A DNA stretch of 64,000 bases from Macrostomum lignano (lineage: Eukaryota). A program made the translations under genes and the position numbers. Position 1 is the first letter of the stretch; each line of letters begins with the position of its first letter. Location: contig NIVC01001771.1 in assembly GCA_002269645.1 (NCBI GenBank), positions 62,001 through 126,000 on the forward strand, given 5' to 3'. The notes under the pieces were generated by a model. That model worked only from the letters and a program-made list of their open reading frames with translations, had not been told where the DNA came from and did not search any database. Shown here piece after piece: positions 38,874 through 52,310 of this stretch.

Positions 38874-41800
38874 ATGCGATTAAAAGGCCGAGTTCGCTGG
38901 ATCCTGGTTGGTTGCTCCTGCACAGTCATCGCCCTGCTGATGCTGGTTCTGCTCCTAACTGGCAGCAGATTCAACAGCAGTTTATTCAGTTCTAAACACC
39001 AGCCGCCGCCACCAATTCTGCGACCTCCGCTGCCGCGGGCGGTGCTAGAAGCTGCTGGCGCCAGACAGCGACAACAATTACAGCCGGGAATTGTCATGGG
39101 CGTTGAGGAGGACATTGCTGAGGTGCGCGCCGAGCTGCTGTTTGGCAGGCGGCACAGCATTGCCGCAGCCGTTGCCGGCGGGGAGCAGCGGAATGGAGGA
39201 GCAGCTCCTCTAGCAGCCGCTGGCGCTGCCGGCTCCGACCGAGGCTTCGCTGTGACGCCGCCGCCGGAAGTGCGCGCCCTGTGGTCTGGCCTGCCCTCGG
39301 CCACCGGCCGGGAGCACGGCGAGGGTGGCCAGCCGGTCACAGTTGACAAAGAGAAACTGTCGGCTGCGGAGAGAAAAAAGGTGATTGGCGTGTTCAAAAT
39401 CCAGACAGATTTTCTTGTTGTTGGCTGAGGCCGCTAAGAAAGATTTGTTCGTATTGTGGGATGTTTGCGGCAAGATTAGTTAGTTAAGTTTGCAAAAGGC
39501 CTCGAAATTGGTCAGTTATTGGCGTCAAAATTGGTCAGTTATTGGTGTTGGAATTAGTCAGTTATTGGCGTCAAAATTGGTCAGTTATTGGCGTCAAAAT
39601 TGGTCAGTTATTGGCGTCAAAATTGGTCAGTTATTAGTGTTGAAATTGGTCAGTTATTGGTATTGAAATTGATCAGTTATTGGCGTTGAAATTAGTCAGT
39701 TATTGGTGTTGAAATTGGTCAGTTATTGGTGTTGAAATTGGTCAGTTTTCGGTGTTGAAATTGGTCAGTTATTGGTGTTGAAATTAGTCAGTTATTGGTG
39801 TTGAAATTGGTCAGTTATTGGCGTCAAAATTGGTCAGTTATTGGCGTCAAAATTGGTCAGTTATTTGCGTCAAAATTGGTCAGTTATTGGCGTCAAAATT
39901 GGTCAGTTATTGGCGTCAAAATTGGTCAGTTATTGGTGTTGAAATTGGTCAGTTATTGGTGTTGAAATTGGTCAGTTATTGGCGTTGAAATTGGTCAGTT
40001 ATTGGTGTTGAAATCGGTCAGTTATTGGCGTCAAAATTGGTCAGTTATTGGCGTCAAAATTGGTCAGTTATTGGTGTTGAAATTGGTCAGTTATTGGCGT
40101 CAAAATTGGTCAGTTATTGGCGTCAAAATTGGTCAGTTATTGGTGTTGAAATTGGTCAGTTATTGGCGTCAAAATTGGTCAGTTATTGGCGTCAAAATTG
40201 GTCAGTTATTGGCGTCAAAATTGGTCAGTTATTGGTGTTGAAATTGGTCAGTTATTGGCGTCAAAATTGGTCAGTTATTGGCGTCAAAATTGGTCAGTTA
40301 TTGGCGTCAAAATTGGTAAGTTATTGGTGTTGAAATTGGTCAGTTATTGGCGTCAAAATTGGTCAGTTATTGGTGTTAAATTGGTCAGTTATTGGTGTTG
40401 AAATTGGTCAGTTATTGGTGTTGAAATTGGTCAGTTATTGGTGTTGAAATTGGTCAGTTATTGGTGTTGAAATTGGTCAGTTATTGGTGTTGAAATTGGT
40501 CAGTTATTTGCGTCAAAATTGGTCAGTTTTTGGCGTCAAAATTGGTCAGTTATTTGCGTCAAAATTGGTCAGTTATTGGCGTCAAAATTGGTCAGTTATT
40601 GGCGCCTAAATTGGTCAGTTATTGGCGTCAAAATTGGTCAGTTATTGGCGTCAAAATTGGTCAGTTATTGGCGCCTAAATTGGTCAGTTATTGGCGTCAA
40701 AATTGGTCAGTTATTGGTGTTGAAATCGGTCAGTTATTGGCGTCAAAATTGGTCAGTTATTGGCGTCAAAATTGGTCAGTTATTGGCGTCAAAATTGGTC
40801 AGTTATTTGCGTCAAAATTGGTCAGTTATTGGCGCCTAAATTGGTCAGTTATTGGCGTCAAAATTGGTCAGTTATTGGTGTTGAAATTGGTCAGTTATTG
40901 GCGTCAAAATTGGTCAGTTATTTGCGCCTAAATTGGTCAGTTATTGGCGTCAAAATTGGTCAGTTATTGGCGTCAAAATTGGTCAGTTATTGGCGCCTAA
41001 ATTGGTCAGTTATTGGCGTCAAAATTGGTCAGTTATTGGTGTTGAAATTGGTCAGTTATTGGCGTCAAAATTGGCCAGAAACTCCTAGTTGGAAGCGCTC
41101 TCACCTTCCCCTTGAAAAAAACGCAGGTAGAAGACGGCTGGCAGAGGAACGCATTCAACCAGTACGTCAGCGATATGATCTCGGTAGATCGAGACGTTGG
41201 CGATAATCGCGACGCCCAGTGCAAATCGGCCGTGTACGCCGGCCAGCTGCCGGACACGTCCGTTATTATCTGCTTTCACAACGAGGCCTGGTCTGTGTTG
41301 CTGCGCACCGTCCACTCGGTTATTAATAAATCGCCTGGGTCTCTGCTGCGCGAGATTATACTGGTTGACGATGCTTCTGAGCTCGACCATCTCAAACGAC
41401 CGCTAGAGGAATATATGAAGTGAGACTATCGACTGATCTAATTGGGGGCGGCTGGACTAGATTCAATTGTCCTTCATTGTAAACCTTGTGAACTTCCCAA
41501 GTACAAGCTTCTTCAATTAGTATTTTAATTCTCTTTTCTCTTCATGTCGCTGTCATTTTTTGACTTTCTACCTTCGTTCCACCCTCCCTTCATTTCACAG
41601 GAAGATTCACTTCCCCTCATATCCTTCTTCCTGTCTTTCTTCACCCAGCTCTCTTCTCACTCCGTTCTCCATTTATTCCCCACCCACCTTCATTACCCCC
41701 TTCCCTTCATTTCCCTCCCTTCATTCCACTTCCCTATTAAGAAAACCAGGGTTTCATTTGGATCAGTTCCAAAAGCAGAAGAGTTGACAAGCATATTGAA

Positions 41801-44800
41801 AATTAAGTTGCTCTTAAAGATCAACTGCGGGGTATTTAAACAGAGACAAGCACTATACGAAATAAAAAAAAAACATTCTAGAATATTCTAGAGGGGGAAT
41901 ACAGATTCACCTATTAAAAACGAACATGAATAGAACATATCAGTAATTGGCAGTTACACCTGAAGCAACGCCTCTATCTTAACATTCCCTACATTTCGCT
42001 CCGCCTCCCTTCATTCCGCCTCCCTTCATTTCCACTCCCTTCATTCCGCCTCCCTTAATCCCTTTTCACCCACTTCCTTAACCCTTAGCTTTATAGCCTT
42101 TCACCTTGCGAACAAAGTCCATTTTTTAGTTTTGAAAATGCGATACCTGTCATCTCGAGCAATAACCTTTCACTTTTATTCATTTAATCTTCTCATCTAG
42201 CCTTGCCTATTTCCAGGTACCACTCGCCAAAGGTGCGCATTCTCCGCGCCGCAAAACGCGAAGGCCTGATCCGCGCCCGTCTGATGGGCGCCCGAAAAGC
42301 CGTTGGCGCCGTGCTGACTTTCCTAGATTCTCACTGCGAGTGCGTTACCGGCTGGCTGGAGCCTCTGCTGCACCGCATTGCGCAGAACTGGACTCGAGTA
42401 GTGACCCCTGTCATTGAGGTGGGCCTGCCGTGCTTCCGGTACTTTGAATTCCCTGATCCTGAAGCTTTGAATTCCCCGATCCTGAAGCTTTGAATTCCCT
42501 GATCCTGAAGCTTTGAATTCCCCGATCCTGAAGCTTTGAATTCCCTGATCCTGAAGCTTTGAATTCCCCGATCCTGAAGCTTTGAATTCCCTGATACTGA
42601 AGCTTTGAATTCCCTGATCCTGAAGCTTTGAATTCCCTGATCCTGAAGCTTTGAATTTCCAGATGCTGAAGCTTTGAATTCCCTGATCCTGAAGCTTTGA
42701 ATTCCCCGATCCTGAAGCTTTGAATTCCCTGATACTGAAGCTTTGAATTCCCTGATCCTGAAGCTTTGAATTCCCTGATCCTGAAGCTTTGAATTTCCAG
42801 ATGCTGAAGCTTTGAATTCCCAGATACTGAAGCTTTGAATTCCCAGATACTGAAGCTTTGAATTCCCAGATGCTGAAGCTTTGAATTCCCTGATCCTGAA
42901 GCTTTGAATTTCCAGATGCTGAAGCTTTGAATTCCCAGATACTGAAGCTTTGAATTCCCAGATACTGAAGCTTTGAATTCCCAGATGCTGAAGCTTTGAA
43001 TTCCCTGATCCTGAAGCTTTGAATTTCCAGATGCTGAAGCTTTGAATTCCCAGATCCTGAAGCTTTGAATTCCCAGATCCTGAAGCTTTGAATTCCCTGA
43101 TCATGAAGCTTTGAATTCCCTGATCCTGAAGCTTTGAATTCCCAGATGCTGAAGCTTTGAATTCCCAGATGCTGAAGCTTTGAATTCCCTGATCCTGAAG
43201 CTCTGAATTCCCGATCCTGAAGCTTTGAATTCCCCGATCCTGAAGCTTTGAATTCCCTGATCCTGAAGCTTTGAATTCCCGATCCTGAAGTTTTGAATTC
43301 CCTGATGCTGAAGCTTTGAATTCCCTGATCCTGAAGCTTTGAATTCCCAGATCCTGAAGCTTTGAATTCCCTGATCATGAAGCTTTGAATTCCCCGATCC
43401 TGAAGCTTTGAATTCCCAGATGCTGAAGCTTTGAATTCCCAGATGCTGAAGCTTTGAATTCCCTGATCCTGAAGCTCTGAATTCCCGATCCTGAAGCTTT
43501 GAATTCCCCGATCCTGAAGCTTTGAATTCCCTGATCCTGAAGCTTTGAATTCCCGATCCTGAAGCTTTGAATTCCCTGATACTGAAGCTTTGAATTCCCA
43601 GATGCTGAAGCTTTGAATTCCCTGATCCTGAAGCTTTGAATTTCCAGATGCTGAAGCTTTGAATTCCCAGATCCTGAAGCTTTGAATTCCCAGATCCTGA
43701 AGCTTTGAATTCCCTGATCATGAAGCTTTGAATTCCCCGATCCTGAAGCTTTGAATTCCCAGATGCTGAAGCTTTGAATTCCCAGATGCTGAAGCTTTGA
43801 ATTCCCTGATCCTGAAGCTTTGAATTCCCCAATCCTGAAGCTTTGAATTCCCCGATCCTGAAGCTTTGAATTCCCAGATGCTGAAGCTTTGAATTCCCAG
43901 ATGCTGAAGCTTTGAATTCCCTGATACTGAAGCTTTGAATTCCCTGATCCTGAAGCTTTGAATTCCCTGATGCTGAAGCTTTGAATTCCCTGATGCTGAA
44001 GCTTTGAATTCCCTGATGCTGAAGCTTTGAATTCCCTGATCCTGAAGCTTTGAATTCCCTGATGCTGAAGCTTTGAATTCCCTGATGCTGAAGCTTTGAA
44101 TTCCCTGATGCTGAAGCTTTGAATTCCCCGATCCTGAAGCTTTGAATTCCCTGATGCTGAAGCTTTGAATTCCCTGATCCTGAAGCTTTGAATTCCCAGA
44201 TCCTGAAGCTTTGAATTCCCTGATCCTGAAGCTTTGAATTCCCCGATCCTGAAGCTTTGAATTCCCCGATCCTGAAGCTTTGAATTCCCTGATCCTGAAG
44301 CTTTGAATTCCCTGATCCTGAAGCTTTGAATTCCCAGATCCTGAAGCTTTGAATTCCCCGATCCTGAAGCTTTGAATTCCCCGATCCTGAAGCTTTGAAT
44401 TCCCTGATGCTGAAGCTTTGAATTCCCTGATCCTGAAGCTTTGAATTCCCCGATCCTGAAGCTTTGAATTCCCCGATTCTGAAGCTTTAAATTCCCAGAT
44501 CCTGAAGCTTTGAATTCTCCGATCCTGAAGCTTTGAATTCCCTGATCCTGAAACTTTAAGTTCTCAGATCCTGAAGCTTTGAATTGCCTGATCCTGAAGC
44601 TTTGAATTCCCTGATCCTGAAGCTTTGAATTCCCCGATCCTGAAGCTTTGAATTCCCTGATCCTGAAGCTTTGAATTCCCAGATCCTGAAGCTTTGAATT
44701 CCCAGATCCTGAAGCTTTGAATTCCCCGATCCTGAAGCTTTGAATTCCCTGATGCTGAAGCTTTGAATTACCTGATCCTGAAGCTTTGAATTCCCCGATC

Positions 44801-47800
44801 CTGAAGCTTTGAATTCCCCGATTCTGAAGCTTTAAATTCCCAGATCCTGAAGCTTTGAATTCTCCGATCCTGAAGCTTTGAATTCCCTGATCCTGAAACT
44901 TTAAGTTCTCAGATCCTGAAGCTTTGAATTGCCTGATCCTGAAGCTTTGAATTCCCTGATCCTGAAGCTTTGAATTCCCCGATCCTGAAGCTTTGAATTC
45001 CCCGATTCTGAAGCTTTAAATTCCCAGATCCTGAAGCTTTGAATTGCCTGATCCTGAAGCTTTGAATTCCCTGATCCTGAAGCTTTGAATTCCCTGATCC
45101 TGAAGCTTTGAATTCCCCGATCCGGAAGCTTTGAATTCCCCGATTCTGAAGCTTTAAATTCCCAGATCCTGAAGCTTTGAATTGCCTGATCCTGAAACTT
45201 TAAGTTCTCAGATCCTGAAGCTTTGAATTGCCTGATCCTGAAGCTTTGAATTCCCTGATCCTGAAGCTTTGATTTCCTCGATCCTGAAGCTTTGAATTCC
45301 CCGATTCTGAAGCTTTAAATTCCCAGATCCTGAAGCTTTGAATTGCCTGATCCTGAAGCTTTGAATTCCCCGATTCTGAAGCTTTAAATTCCCAGATCCT
45401 GAAGCTTTGAATTGCCAGATCCTGAAGCTTTGAATTCCCCGATCCTGAAGCTTTGAATTCCCAGATCCTGAAGTTTTGAATTCCCCGATCCTGAAGCTTT
45501 GAATTCCCTGATGCTGAAGCTTTGAATTCCCAGATCCTAAAGCTTTGAATTCCCTGATCCTGAAGCTTTGAATTCCCTGATCCTGAAGCTTTGAATTCCC
45601 TGATCCTGAAGCTTTGAATTCCCAGATACTGAAGCTTTGAATTCCCAGATCCTGAAGCTTTGAATTCCCAGATGCTGAAGCTTTGAATTCCCTGATCCTG
45701 AAGCTTTGAATTCCCTGATCCTGAAGCTTTGAATTCCCTGATCATGAAGCTTTGAATTCCCCGATCCTGAAGCTTTGAATTCCCTGATCATGAAGCTTTG
45801 AATTCCCTGATCCTGAAGCTTTGAATTCCCCGATCCTGAAGCTTTGAATTCCCAGATGCTGAAGCTTTGAATTCCCTGATCCTGAAGCTTTGAATTTCCA
45901 GATGCTGAAGCTTTGAATTCCCAGATCCTGAAGCTTTGAATTCCCTGATCCTGAAGCTTTGAATTCCCGATCCTGAAGCTTTGAATTCCCAGATGCTGAA
46001 GCTTTGAATTCCCGATCCTGAAGCTTTGAATTCCCAGATGCTGAAGCTTTGAATTCCCTGATCCTGAAGCTTTGAATTCCCAGATCCTGAAGCTTTGAAT
46101 TCCCTGATCCTGAAGCTTTGAATTCCCTGATCCTGAAGCTTTGAATTCCCAGATCCTGAAGCTTTGAATTCCCAGATCCTGAAGCTTTGAATTCCCAGAT
46201 CCTGAAGCTTTGAATTCCCTGATCATGAAGCTTTGAATTCCCCGATCCTGAAGCTTTGAATTCCCAGATGCTGAAGCTTTGAATTCCCAGATGCTGAAGC
46301 TTTGAATTCCCAGATCCTGAAGCTTTGAATTCCCCGATCCTGAAGCTTTGAATTCCCCGATCCTGAAGCTTTGAATTCCCAGATGCTGAAGCTTTGAATT
46401 CCCAGATGCTGAAGCTTTGAATTTCCAGATCCTGAAGCTTTGAATTCCCTGATCCTGAAGCTTTGAATTCCCCGATCCTGAAGCTTTGAATTCCCAGATG
46501 CTGAAGCTTTGAATTCCCTGATCCTGAAGCTTTGAATTCCCCGATCCTGAAGCTTTGAATTCCCTGATCCTGAAGCTTTGAATTCCCAGATCCTGAAGCT
46601 TTGAATTCCTTGATCCTGAAGCTTTGAATTCCCCTATCCTGAAGCTTTGAATTCCCTGATCCTGAAGCTTTGAATTCCCCGATCCTGAAGCTTTGAATTC
46701 CCAGATGCTGAAGCTTTGAATTCCCGGATCCTGAAGCTTTGAATTCCCCGATCCTGAAGCTTTGAATTCCCAGATCCTGAAGCTTTGAATTCCCTGATCC
46801 TGAAGCTTTGAATTCCCCGATCCTGAAGCTTTGAATTCCCAGATCCTGAAGCTTTGAATTCCCCGATCCTGAAGCTTTGAATTCCCCGATCCTGAAGCTT
46901 TGAATTCCCAGATGCTGAAGCTTTGAATTCCCTGATCCTGAAGCTTTGAATTCCCCGATCCTGAAGCTTTGAATTCCCTGATCCTGAAGCTTTGAATTCC
47001 CAGATCCTGAAGCTTTGAATTCCCAGATCCTGAAGCTTTGAATTCCCCGATCCTGAAGCTTTGAATCTCGCAATCCTGATTCCTGAAGCTTAAAAGCTTG
47101 AATGTCCTGTTGATAAACAGATTTTAAAAAGTTTTCAATCCGCCAACATCCAGGTGATAAATGACGACACCTTCGCAATGTCCTCAACCACCAACCTGGA
47201 CTCGGTCAGCGTGGGCGGTTTCGATTGGAATCTGCAATTCAATTGGCACGTCCTGCCCGACCGGGTCCGCAACCAGCGGGCCAGCCGCATCGACCCGGTG
47301 CCCAGCCCCACCATGGCCGGCGGCCTGTTTGCCATAGACAGGCGCTATTTTGCCCACCTGGGCAGCTACGATCCCGGCTTCGATATCTGGGGCGGCGAGA
47401 ATCTGGAGATTAGCTTTAAAATTTGGATGTGCGGCGGCACGCTAGAGATTGTGCCCTGCTCCATTGTTGGCCACGTGTTTAGGAAACGATCGCCCTATTC
47501 CTGGGGCCGGGGCAACGTGCTCAAGAAGAACTCCGTGCGACTGGCCGAAGTGTGGATGGACGACTACGGCAAGCTGTACTATGAGCGGGTTGGGGGCAAG
47601 GTGAGAGGGGGAAGAGGGGCGGGTGGTGCGGTAGAGTAGGGTGAAGGGATAGGGGAGAGAGTGAAGGGTAGAGGAGGAGGGTGAATGGTGGAGGAGGAGG
47701 GTGAAGGGTAGAGGAGGAGGGTGAAGGGTAGAGGAGGAGGGTGAAGGGTAGAAGAGGAGGGTGAAGGGTAGAGGAGGAGGGTGAAGGGTAGAGGAGGAGG

Positions 47801-49820
47801 GTGAAGGGTTGAGGAGGAGGGTGAAGGGTAGAGGAGGAGGGTGAAGGGTAGAGGAGGAGGGTGAAGGGTAGAGGAGGAGGGTGAAGGGTAGAGGAGGAGA
47901 GTGAAGGGTTGGAGAAGTAAGGTGAAGGGGTAGAGAAGTAGGGTGAAGGGTAGAGGAGGAGGGTGAAGGGTAGAGGAGGAGGGTGCAAGGTAGAGGAGGA
48001 GGGTGCAAGGTAGAGGAGGAGGGTGAAGGGTAGAGGAGGAGGGTGAAGGGTAGAGAGGAGGGTGAAGGGTAGAGGAGGAGGGTGAAGGATAGAGGAGGAG
48101 GTTGAAGGGTAGAGGAGGAGGGGGAAGGATAGAGGAGGAGGGTGAAGGGTAGAGGAGGAGGGTGAAGGGTAGAGGAGAAGGGTGAAGGGTAGAGGAGGAG
48201 GGGGAAGGGTAGAGGAGGAGGGTGAAGGGTAGAGAGGAGGGTGAAGGGTAGAGGAGGAGGGTGAAGGATAGAGGAGGAGGGTGAAGGGTAGAGGAGGAGA
48301 GTGAAGGGTTGGAGAAGTAAGGTGAAGGGGTAGAGAAGTAGGGTGAAGGGTAGAGGAGGAGGGTGAAGGGTAGAGGAGGAGGGTGCAAGGTAGAGGAGGA
48401 GGGTGCAAGGTAGAGGAGGAGGGTGAAGGGTAGAGGAGGAGGGTGAAGGGTAGAGAGGAGGGTGAAGGGTAGAGGAGGAGGGTGAAGGATAGAGGAGGAG
48501 GTTGAAGGGTAGAGGAGGAGGGGGAAGGATAGAGGAGGAGGGTGAAGGGTAGAGGAGGAGGGTGAAGGGTAGAGGAGAAGGGTGAAGGGTAGAGGAGGAG
48601 GGGGAAGGGTAGAGGAGGAGGGTGAAGGGTAGAGAGGAGGGTGAAGGGTAGAGGAGGAGGGTGAAGGATAGAGGAGGAGGTTGAAGGGTAGAGGAGGAGG
48701 GGGAAGGATAGAGGAGGAGGGTGCAAGGTAGAGGAGGAGGGTGCAAGGTAGAGGAGGAGGGTGAAGGGTAGAGGAGGAGGGTGAAGGGTAGAGGAGGAGA
48801 GTGAAGGGTAGAGGAGGAGGGTGAAGGGTAGAGGAGGAGGGTGAAGGGTAGAGGAGGAGGGTGAAGGGGTAGAGTAGTAGGGTGAAGGATTAGAGAAGTA
48901 GGGTGAAGGGGTAGATTAGGAGGGTGAAGGGTAGAGAAGGAGAGGTAGAGGAAGAGGTTGAAGCGGTAGAGAAGTAAGGTGAAGGGGTAGAGAAGTAGGG
49001 TGAAGGGGTAGAGGAGGGTGAAGGGGTAAACGAAGCGATGCAAAGTCGGACCAAAAGGAGATTGAAATGGTGAAATGGTAGCTAGAGGAGACGATGGAGA
49101 GGACAAGGGCATGGGACTAATAGGGAGAGTAATGGAGAATGATGGGAATGAAAATGATGAATTGAGGAGAATTTTAGAGGTCACTATAGATTAAATTTAA
49201 GAGGCTAGAATGTTTTATAAATCTTAAAGGTTATATTTTTTAATGGATTTTGAAGAAGCAACAGCATTTTCTCTTTAGCCTACTGTCAGTAGTAACCCCT
49301 GCCAAACTACACCTCCCAGGGTGAATTCGGCGACGTCTCCGAGCGCAAAGCCCTCCGCCAACGGCTGGGCTGTCGCAGTTTCCAATGGTACCTGGACACC
49401 GTTTATCCCGAACTGTTCCTGCCGCGCCACGCGCTCGCCAAAGGCGCCATCCGAAGCGCGGCCGGGCCCTACTGCATCGACGCGCCAGTTAGTCACAGAG
49501 AGACTGGGCAGACTGCCGTGAAACTGTGGCAATGCCACGGCCAGGGCGGCAACCAGTTCTGGATGCTGTCTAAGCTGGGCGAAATTCGACGCGACGAAGG
49601 CTGCATCGACTATCCGGGCAGCGGCGTCATCGTGTACAATTGCCACGGCGGCCGCGGCAACCAGGAGTGGCTGTACAGGCCGGATGGCACCATCTATCAC
49701 GTGCTGCGCCGTATGTGCCTTGAGGCGGCCGCCGACAATGCCGGCTTACTGGTGACCGCCTGCCGGCCTGGCAGCCTCCGGCAGCAGTGGAAATGGCAGC
49801 GGCAGGCTGGCAAGGGGTAG
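38874..49820 (+). CDS. GALNT: Polypeptide N-acetylgalactosaminyltransferase (pgant9/gly-5-like), 649 aa; exons 38874-39380, 41127-41419, 42217-42418, 47154-47600, 49320-49820
   Basis: GT-AG joins keep the frame (phases 0,2,0,0). Features: type II TM N-terminus, [29 protein letters not shown] (DxH), [33 protein letters not shown], and a ricin lectin domain with [10 protein letters not shown]. Subfamily assignment is tentative. Confidence 0.96.
39498..41077. repeat. 23-bp minisatellite in GALNT intron 1
   Basis: AAATTGGTCAGTTATTGG(CGTCA/TGTTG). Confidence 0.96.
42444..47090. repeat. 23-bp minisatellite, ~200 units, filling GALNT intron 3
   Basis: GAATTCCC(T/C/A)GAT(C/G/A)CTGAAGCTTT; EcoRI and HindIII sites in nearly every unit. 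Confidence 0.98.
47655..49025. repeat. 20-bp purine-rich minisatellite in GALNT intron 4
   Basis: GAGGGTGAAGGGTAGAGGAG. Confidence 0.95.
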
Positions 49821-49843
49821 CCGGGTTGGATGTTTGTGATTTA

Positions 49844-50623
49844 AAGCTGTCAGAAGGTTAGAACAGAACAGTCAGATTGTCAGACCAAAGCTGTCAGAAG
49901 GTTGGAGCAGATCTGTCAGATAGTCAGACCAAAGCTGTCAGAAGGTTAGAGCAGAACTGTCAGATAGTCAGACCAAAGCTGTCAGAAGGTTAGAGCAGAA
50001 CTGTCAGATAGTCAGACCAAAGCTGTCAGACGGTTAGAACAGAACTGTCAGATAGTCGGACCAAAGCTGTCAGAAGGTTAGAGCAGAACTGTCAGATAGT
50101 CAGACCAAAGCTGTCAGACGGTTAGAGCAGAACTGTCAGATAGTCAGACCAAAGCTGTCAGAAGGTTAGAGCAGAACTGTCAGATAGTCAGACCAAAGCT
50201 GTCAGAAGGTTAGAGCAGAACTGTCAGATAGTCAGACCAAAGCTGTCAGACGGTTAGAACAGAACTGTCAGATAGTCAGACCAAAGCTGTCAGACGGTTA
50301 GAACAGAACTGTCAGACAGTCAGACCAAAGCTGTCAGAAGGTTAGAGCAGAACTGTCAGATAGTCAGACCAAAGCTGTCAGAAGGTTAGAGCAGAACTGT
50401 CAGATAGTCAGACCAAAGCTGTCAGACGGTTAGAACAGAACTGTCAGATAGTCAGACCAAAGCTGTCAGAAGGTTAGAGCAGAACTGTCAGATAGTCAGA
50501 CCAAAGCTGTCAGACGGTTAGAGCAGAACTGTCAGATAGTCAGACCAAAGCTGTCAGAAGGTTAGAACAGATCTGTCAGACAGTCAGACCAAAGCTGTCA
50601 GACGGTTAGAACAGATCTGTCAG
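49844..50623. repeat. 44-bp minisatellite (~17 units) immediately after the GALNT stop
   Basis: GCTGTCAGA(A/C)GGTTAGA(G/A)CAGAACTGTCAGATAGTCAGACCAAA, built from three GTCAGA sub-repeats. Confidence 0.95.
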
Positions 50624-51729
50624 GGCCATCCATGCTTAGAAACGTCTTTTTCTCAGATTGGGTTGTTGGATTATATGTATAAGGCATTTTGGCAGCATTT
50701 TTATTGCCCATACAAAATGTTACCACAGCTAATCAAAATGCAGCTGATTCATAAATCAATCAAGCTCTGATATATTGTCCGTCACCATCTCTGTATCTTT
50801 ACTCCAGTTGTTTTTTATCCTTAGGTTCTGTTTTTCAGTCCATTAACTAACTAGGGAAACATTGCTGATAGCGATGCGCTGTAATGTTCAGCATTTAATT
50901 GCTTCCACTAATTGTGTTGCTGTCTGTTTAAATGACGATTTAAAGCTAGATTTATTCGCTGTGTTTGATGTTAGTTTCTTCTTCTGCATTGATTAAAGTG
51001 GCTCACTAGGTTGTGTTTAACCAGTTACTTACTACTGGTTTAGCAAGAGGACAATTAAAAAATTAGGAAAACTAAAACTTTAATCTGAAGACCAAATTTG
51101 AAGCAGAGTGGCAGGGCAGTTCAACCGGTAAACGCGTCTGGCTCTCGTGTAGTTTCCCGCATCGGCCCACTGCCTGTCAACTCTTTCCTAGATTCGGACG
51201 TGACTACCTTCAAGTTTCCGTTAATTCAATACATCATCGAGTGCTTTTTAGCTGTGTAGTGCCTTTGTTCTCGATCATGTCTACCCTTATGTTAACCTAC
51301 TGTTCAGAAAGGAATCATCCACTTATAAATGTTGCTTTTGTAATTATTAAAATTTTTGGCCACAAAAAGTGAAAGTTTTGCTACTATACGTGCCTTTATG
51401 ATGTTAGTAGTAATTAGTAGTAATATCTGTAAAATTCTCAACTGCACAGGACACGCTGGCCGCACTTGTGCTGCTGCAGCTGGAGTGAATCTTATATAAA
51501 ATGATTTTATAAACTTGTGCCTGCACCTATGTATGAGCATTAATAAATTTTAACGAGGCCAAAAAAGATGTTCACTGGTGATTTATAATAATGAACACTA
51601 TTTACCCAAATTACGGCATACATCTGTTGCACTATGGGTTTGTGCAGAGTTTTTATTTACACGTCGATAGTGACTTTGAAACAGCCACACTGAGACCTGA
51701 GGCCAGATATCGCATGCTGGGTTGAGATG

Positions 51730-52310
51730 GGGTGGGTGGGGTGAGATAGAATGGGATGGGATATGAAAGAATGGGATGGATATAATAGAATGGGATGGGA
51801 TATGAAAGAATAGGATGGGATGGAATATGAAAGAATAGGATGGGATGGAATAGAATGGGTGGGATGGGATAGAATGGGATAGGATAGAATGGGATGGATA
51901 GGAAAGAATTGGATGGGATAGAACAGAATGGGATGGGATAGGATAGAATAGGATGGGATAGAATGGTATGGGATAGAATGGGATGGGATAGAATGGGATG
52001 GGATATAATGGGATAGGATGGGATAGAATAGAATAGAATGGGATGGGATGGGATAGGAAAGAATAGGATGGGATGGGATAAAATGGGATAGGATAGAATG
52101 GGGTGGGATGGGATAGGGATAAAATGGGATGGGATAAGATAGAATGGGATGGGATAAGATAGAATGGGATGGGGTCAGATAGAATGGGATGGGATAGGAT
52201 AGAATGGGATGGGATAGGATAGAATGGGATGGGATAGGATAGAATGGGATGGGATAGGATAGATTGGGATGTGATGGGCTGAGTGGGAATTGGGATGAGG
52301 TGGGCTGGGA
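51730..52310. repeat. Pentamer-based (GGGAT/AGAAT/AGGAT)n low-complexity repeat
   Basis: Seen directly. Confidence 0.9.

Noticed and set aside
42323-49184. Long ORFs ([13 protein letters not shown]..., [11 protein letters not shown]...) antisense in GALNT introns
   Set aside because: They are translations of 23- and 20-bp repeats with frame-cycling periodicity and frequent indels
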